This document shows, piece by piece, positions 59,454 to 64,000 of a stretch of 64,000 nucleotides of DNA (positions are counted from its first letter, which is position 1; each line of letters begins with the position of its first letter). The DNA is from a virus. Under the pieces are notes generated by a model, which searched no databases, was not told the origin of the DNA, and worked only from the letters and a program-made list of their open reading frames with translations. A program made the translations under genes and the position numbers. The DNA is taken from the IMG/VR virus record IMGVR_UViG_3300013014_000024, positions 1 through 64,000 of that record; one strand, given 5' to 3'.

Positions 59454-60695
59454 TTATTTTAATAGTTTTCTAATTTTGTTGATATCTTTTTGTATTTTAT
59501 ATTCTTCTTTAAAATTGGCTGGATAATATACGGCATTAGGATTTATTTCACGAGATGGAAAATATACAGCATTAGCATCCGGTATTTTACTTGGATAATA
59601 CACTTTATTAGGGTCAATAATGGTTTTTCTTTTATAAGAACCTTTTTTACCGTCTCTTGAATATTTTTTATTATCACCCGAATATTCTTTTTCTCTATAA
59701 TAATCAATTCTACTTCTTTCTTTTGATGAATTATACAAAGTAACAGTTACATCATCATCACCAATTTCACCAATCATTTCGCCTTTAAAAACATCACCAC
59801 TATCTTTTGTATTTTTTAATCCACAATATTCTAAATAAAAATTTTTACCATCAATTTCGTGTGTAATATTTATTTTGTTTTTACAACCATAAGAAAATCC
59901 TTGTTTTGTTATTACCCCATCTACGGGTGATTTAATTTTAGAATTCTTATCTTTTGGTATTACAAGGACATAACCATTACTTGAAACTCCATTTCCAAAA
60001 CCACCATAAATTTTTTCTTCAAATATTATGTCATAACTTTCCGTTTTTACTGAACTTTGGTAATAAGTTTGGTTAGGGTCAATTAATTTTGGTTGATAAT
60101 ATGTTTGGTTAGGGTTAATTACTTTTGGTGTAAACGATGTAGTATCCGATGTTGTATTATTTGTGGATGTGGTACCCGTAGATGTACTATCTGTTGTATT
60201 TGAAACGTGTAGATGATTGTAATGGTTTCCATCTACATTTGTTTGCCATATAACGGCTTTATCGTTTCCCCTCTCAGAGTTCAGAGAATATCTCATAGAG
60301 ACTAAGATATCTTTTAATTTATTACCTAAATCTCTAAATTGAGCGTTTCCATTTGATGGACTAGTTGCATCTCCAGAATCTTGGTTATTTATTTTTCCAA
60401 TATCAACAGCGGTTTTTTGTCCATGTCGGCTTTCAGCTCCTGATGTTGTTCTAGTGTTGTGACCTGTTGATGCGGTTGTTATTGTAACAGTTACACCAGC
60501 TTTAGCTGCGGCAGTTTGTAAATCATCTAAAAGTGCCTTATTAACCGAATCTGAAGCCGCTTTAGTGTCGTAAAATACATTTTTATATCTAACAGTATTT
60601 AATGTGATTGGTTTAATCTCATTTAAAGTAATTATTTTTTTATTTTCTAAAATTGAATTATATATTGAAAGTATATTATTTATTTCATTTATCAT
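59454..60695 (-). CDS. two-domain peptidase-like protein (M15-like + degenerate M23-like)
   Basis: SRH..AVDI..HYNHLHVS; IKSPVDGVI; 12-aa DPN.YY repeats. Confidence 0.7.
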   Translation of the reverse strand: MINEINNILSIYNSILENKKIITLNEIKPITLNTVRYKNVFYDTKAASDSVNKALLDDLQTAAAKAGVTVTITTASTGHNTRTTSGAESRHGQKTAVDIGKINNQDSGDATSPSNGNAQFRDLGNKLKDILVSMRYSLNSERGNDKAVIWQTNVDGNHYNHLHVSNTTDSTSTGTTSTNNTTSDTTSFTPKVINPNQTYYQPKLIDPNQTYYQSSVKTESYDIIFEEKIYGGFGNGVSSNGYVLVIPKDKNSKIKSPVDGVITKQGFSYGCKNKINITHEIDGKNFYLEYCGLKNTKDSGDVFKGEMIGEIGDDDVTVTLYNSSKERSRIDYYREKEYSGDNKKYSRDGKKGSYKRKTIIDPNKVYYPSKIPDANAVYFPSREINPNAVYYPANFKEEYKIQKDINKIRKLLK

Positions 60696-60723
60696 GAATA
60701 TAAATATGTTATAAATAAAAAAA

Positions 60724-60801
60724 GTGGTCAGGGACAAGTGGGAACAACCCTTGGAGTCGACTTCCTTTCACTGCTGCAGGCAGTTACACTTGTATGACCA
60801 C
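60724..60801. ncRNA. candidate structured small RNA
   Basis: GTGGTCA/TGACCAC and ACAAGTG/CACTTGT nested stems. Confidence 0.45.
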
Positions 60802-60924
60802 TACACGTTAAAAATAGATAATGTCTCCTAATTCCCAATCTTCTTGGGAATCTTCTTGTGGTTCCGGGTCAAGTTCTACCTTGGTTTGCAAAATCACTAA
60901 CATACTATACTAACGGATTTTATG

Positions 60925-60996
60925 AGCCCCCGCCCGGAATCGAACCGAGTTATCATGATTACAAGTCATGCGCATCGCCTGCAATGCTTAAAGGGC
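60925..60996 (-). tRNA. tRNA-Thr(UGU)
   Basis: CATGA-CTTGTAA-TCATG. Confidence 0.85.
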
Positions 60997-61005
60997 TTGT
61001 TTTTA

Positions 61006-61203
61006 TTAAGTATCTTGAAAATTTAATTTGTTCATCTCCTCGATACTTTTAAGACCATTTTTCCACTCTCTCCATATTTCAAAATCCTGAAGGTCTTGTA
61101 AGGTTTTTTCGTGTACCAAGACAAAACCTTCAGGTGCCACTCCTACAAATCTACGAACATTTCCCTCTTCTTCCAAAATTTTTTCAATATTTATTTTACT
61201 CAT
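61006..61203 (-). CDS. hypothetical protein
   Basis: ORF. Confidence 0.65.
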   Translation of the reverse strand: MSKINIEKILEEEGNVRRFVGVAPEGFVLVHEKTLQDLQDFEIWREWKNGLKSIEEMNKLNFQDT

Positions 61204-61795
61204 CTTTTTTATTTAAATATTTTAGAATAGATTCTTTAATTCCTGTTTGTTTAATCCCCTCATTATCTTTTTCGGTCAATACAAAGTTATCTAATCCCCA
61301 CTCATGTTCGAACTCCATAGAGTAATATAAACCCGTTTTACCCATGTTTAAATCATCTACAGCCACCCAATTTGTTATCTCAGGATGGTCAACTAAATAT
61401 TGTTTAATTTCAATAGACCTAGATTGTTCTAAATCCCATTGTCTTTCCCAAGGAAACACATTATTGTCATACCACTTACATTCATACGATTTAAGAGTAA
61501 ACGAAATAGGTTTTTTTATAATTCCTTGTGATTCATAGTATTCACCCATTTCTTCAAGATTACAATGAAGTTTCCAATCAGAACTAACAACAATCTCAGC
61601 TCCAGTTTCTTCTAAAATCTCATTTAAAACTTTTACCGCTTTTTTGTTAAAGTTATCAAACCTATATTCAAGTGGAATTTCTCCATTAGACATAGACAAT
61701 TTTCTACCGCCCCATTTTTTTTGTTTTTTATAACGACCACCCCATTCTGTTGATAAACAGATTACTCCGTCATGGTCTAAAAATAGAATTTTCAT
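61196..61795 (-). CDS. HAD-domain protein (Swiss-Army-Knife RNA-repair type)
   Basis: LFLDHDGV, IVVSSDW, EI..YL, WVAVDD. Confidence 0.85.
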   Translation of the reverse strand: MKILFLDHDGVICLSTEWGGRYKKQKKWGGRKLSMSNGEIPLEYRFDNFNKKAVKVLNEILEETGAEIVVSSDWKLHCNLEEMGEYYESQGIIKKPISFTLKSYECKWYDNNVFPWERQWDLEQSRSIEIKQYLVDHPEITNWVAVDDLNMGKTGLYYSMEFEHEWGLDNFVLTEKDNEGIKQTGIKESILKYLNKKDE

Positions 61796-61870
61796 AACAC
61801 AAAAGTAGATATTTATTATTAAAACACCAAAAGTCTTAGGACATAAATTTTAAACCCACACAGATGGAAG

Positions 61871-62095
61871 ATGGAGAAAAACAAGTTTACGTGGCAGAGA
61901 ACGTTTCAAGACAACCTGTCACAAATATTTCTAATGTTAGCACTATTTTTCAACCCATTCGGGTTCGATGCCGTTCAATATTCTATAATATCATGGACAG
62001 GAAGTTTATGGAAAGCCAACTTCGTTTTGTATTGTATTGCGGGATTCTTTTTTGGTCTTTATTTCTACTTTCGCAAGTTATCTAACAAACCTTAA
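61871..62095 (+). CDS. small membrane protein
   Basis: 2 TM; FFNPFGFD. Confidence 0.6.
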   Translation: MEKNKFTWQRTFQDNLSQIFLMLALFFNPFGFDAVQYSIISWTGSLWKANFVLYCIAGFFFGLYFYFRKLSNKP

Positions 62096-63561
62096 AGTGC
62101 TTTAAGTTCACCGTTTTTATATGCTTCAAAATTAGGTCCTTTCATTAAAAAAAATTGGTTTCCTATTTTTCTATATTTCAAAATGCCAGCATTTTTTGCT
62201 GATGCAAAAAAGGATGAAAAATGACCTCTCCATTTTGAGGATTGATGCCAATTATTCATACCTTGTTGGGAGTACCAAACTGAACCATTCTCTGAAACCT
62301 TTCCTTCAAGTTTACCAATCTCAACAAGAAAATCTAACTTTGTTCCAATTTTTCCTTCATCTAACCAATCAACTAACTTTTTAATCAAACCTTTATTTTT
62401 TTCAAAAGTATATCCGTAATGGAGTCTATCAGGTGTCCATACGGGTGTCTTATGAATATGTTGTAAAAGAATTGAATTATTTTCTAAGATTCGTCTAACA
62501 GAATTTAAGATGTAAGTTGCTATTGTAGAACTAATATTAGTTGTGTGATGTACAATAACATTAAAACTACCCCCAAAACCATCAAAACCTAAATCAACTT
62601 TAAATTCTGAACCAACGTCACCAAAGTTATAATTAATCTCTAAACCGTATGACGAATCTCTTTTTCTTAAATTAGCACTAATAATAATTAAATATTCATC
62701 CAACAAACCTTGTTGTTTTTCTTTTCTTTCATATATCTTCAAACCAGAATGAACTATGAAGGTGTTTTCATAATGGTCCATAAGTTCAAATCCGTTTATT
62801 GTTGTCGTTATTATAACATCAGAAATTATAATACTTTCAGTAAAAACATCGTTTGTTGTAAGTGATTGTTTTATTTTATCGACTGTTTCATCTGGATGAG
62901 CATCATCGTGATATTCTTTAATGGTTTTCCACATTTCAGAATATGCATTTTTAAAAAATACTTTTTCTCTACTACTTAAAGTGCTATCGGCAGCATCGTA
63001 GAATGTTTCCTCACCTTGATTACTAATGTGAATTGCAATTTTATATAGATTTTCATCCATATCTTTTTTTGAAATTACATAGTAAAGACCTTGATTACCT
63101 GAAGTATACCTGTTAAAGTAATCATCGTTATTTTTATTTGTTGTACACCATCTTGTTTTTGAACCGTATTTACAAGATGCCGCAAAGTTTTGAGGTTCAA
63201 CAACAACAAATTTATCATCTTCGTATATTTTTTTTGATTTTGGTTTCTCTTTGTTTCTAGTGTATTCACTAATTCTTGAAATCAAATCAAAAAATCCTGT
63301 ATAATCATTTATGTCTTTTTTTTCTAAATTGTTTTGTACTTTATCAAACTTTTGTAATGCCTCAATTACCTCTTCAAGTTCTCTAAATGAATAATTAGAA
63401 TTTAAATTTTTTAAAATAAAATCGGCGTATTTGTAGTTAGTTTGCTTAATGAATTGGTCCGCAAAAACGTTACTAAGACCCTCATCTGAGAATTTTGATT
63501 CGTATTTTTTCATGAGGTCTTCTTTTCTTCCCTCCCTTAATAAAATGGTCATGAATTTCAT
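62092..63561 (-). CDS. large protein with short leader and YG..T.WCTT domain
   Basis: MKFMTILLRE; ASCKYGSKTRWCTT. Confidence 0.8.
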   Translation of the reverse strand: MKFMTILLREGRKEDLMKKYESKFSDEGLSNVFADQFIKQTNYKYADFILKNLNSNYSFRELEEVIEALQKFDKVQNNLEKKDINDYTGFFDLISRISEYTRNKEKPKSKKIYEDDKFVVVEPQNFAASCKYGSKTRWCTTNKNNDDYFNRYTSGNQGLYYVISKKDMDENLYKIAIHISNQGEETFYDAADSTLSSREKVFFKNAYSEMWKTIKEYHDDAHPDETVDKIKQSLTTNDVFTESIIISDVIITTTINGFELMDHYENTFIVHSGLKIYERKEKQQGLLDEYLIIISANLRKRDSSYGLEINYNFGDVGSEFKVDLGFDGFGGSFNVIVHHTTNISSTIATYILNSVRRILENNSILLQHIHKTPVWTPDRLHYGYTFEKNKGLIKKLVDWLDEGKIGTKLDFLVEIGKLEGKVSENGSVWYSQQGMNNWHQSSKWRGHFSSFFASAKNAGILKYRKIGNQFFLMKGPNFEAYKNGELKAL

Positions 63562-63604
63562 ATGATATAAATATGCGAAAAGGGAGATTACTCTCCCTTT
63601 TATG

Positions 63605-63676
63605 TGGTCTCGTCAAGAATCGAACTTGAATCTGGAGATTAGAAGTCACCCGTTCTATCCGTTGAACTACGAGACC
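63605..63676 (-). tRNA. tRNA-Arg(UCU)
   Basis: Cloverleaf, CT TCT AA loop. Confidence 0.9.
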
Positions 63677-63677
63677 A

Positions 63678-64000
63678 TTATTTCCAAAATAATTGTATCA
63701 ACAATATACAAAAACTTAAAGATAAACAAATAATTGTTTTAATAGTAAAACTTTCTTTAAATAAAATAACGGACATAAATGTAAACACAACCATACCAAT
63801 TGAAAATCCTAACAACCTTCCTGGCCATATCTGACCACCAAACCCATCCGCAATAAAACTAACTGATTTAATATATAACCAACTTGTAAAAATACTACTA
63901 AAAAGTATTACCCATAAATATTTTTCATACCAATTATACTTTATTGCAACCTGTAATTGTATAAAGGAACCTATTTGTCCTAATAAGGCAAAAAATATTC
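63678..64000 (-). CDS. multi-TM small transporter-like membrane protein (partial)
   Basis: Open hydrophobic frame to window end, ending LLIQLFWK*. Confidence 0.6.
   Translation of the reverse strand, partial: IFFALLGQIGSFIQLQVAIKYNWYEKYLWVILFSSIFTSWLYIKSVSFIADGFGGQIWPGRLLGFSIGMVVFTFMSVILFKESFTIKTIICLSLSFCILLIQLFWK

Larger units (their letters stand above)
837..63573. promoter_or_regulatory. Recurrent RTATTTAT putative phage late promoter (about 30 copies)
   Basis: 5-20 nt upstream of ATG on both strands, e.g. near 837, 1794, 2724, 4535, 5210, 8472, 20863, 33449, 44174, 58727. Confidence 0.75.

Noticed and set aside
60724-60801. SRP (4.5S) RNA
   Set aside because: GAAA-GGAAG...CCAAGG resembles SRP domain IV, but the stem closing the tetraloop does not pair; left as unknown ncRNA
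1-64000. Alternative genetic code (TAG/TGA reassignment)
   Set aside because: Long conserved genes are intact in the standard code and all three stops end genes
1-64000. Diversity-generating retroelement or retron
   Set aside because: No reverse transcriptase and no adenine-specific TR/VR pair seen

Overview
This AT-rich, gene-dense window looks like a segment of a large (jumbo-type) tailed phage genome with a Bacteroidetes host. Evidence: many TAnnTTTG (-7) promoters, no Shine-Dalgarno sites, and a second, probably phage late, promoter RTATTTAT just upstream of many ATGs. The code appears standard and no core structural or replication genes are visible. Contents: (i) about 25-28 unrelated cargo proteins sharing an N-terminal MKxI(I/V)x(L/I)(T/S)E..L...(I/L)xE leader that resembles a capsid-targeting/prohead-protease propeptide; (ii) a lysis region with holin-like paralogs, a GH19-type endolysin and a PAS-PAS membrane protein; (iii) nucleotide and RNA-repair genes (thyA, RNA ligase, P-loop kinase, phosphoesterases, HAD, receiver-like), plus ClpP, cyclophilin, FeoA, ferritin-like and glycosyltransferase genes; (iv) 14 canonical tRNAs, 6 remodelled tRNA-like RNAs and several structured ncRNA candidates; (v) four free-standing homing endonucleases, three with a displaced remnant of the target gene terminus on their far side. 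Other notable features: two paralogs with 66-nt in-frame repeat/variable-spacer arrays, two ~30-codon leader-ORF/terminator attenuator-like units (one ahead of the tRNA operon), and a P-loop interrupted by TAA-CTA next to a strong hairpin. All family assignments come from motif recognition by eye; no searches were run.
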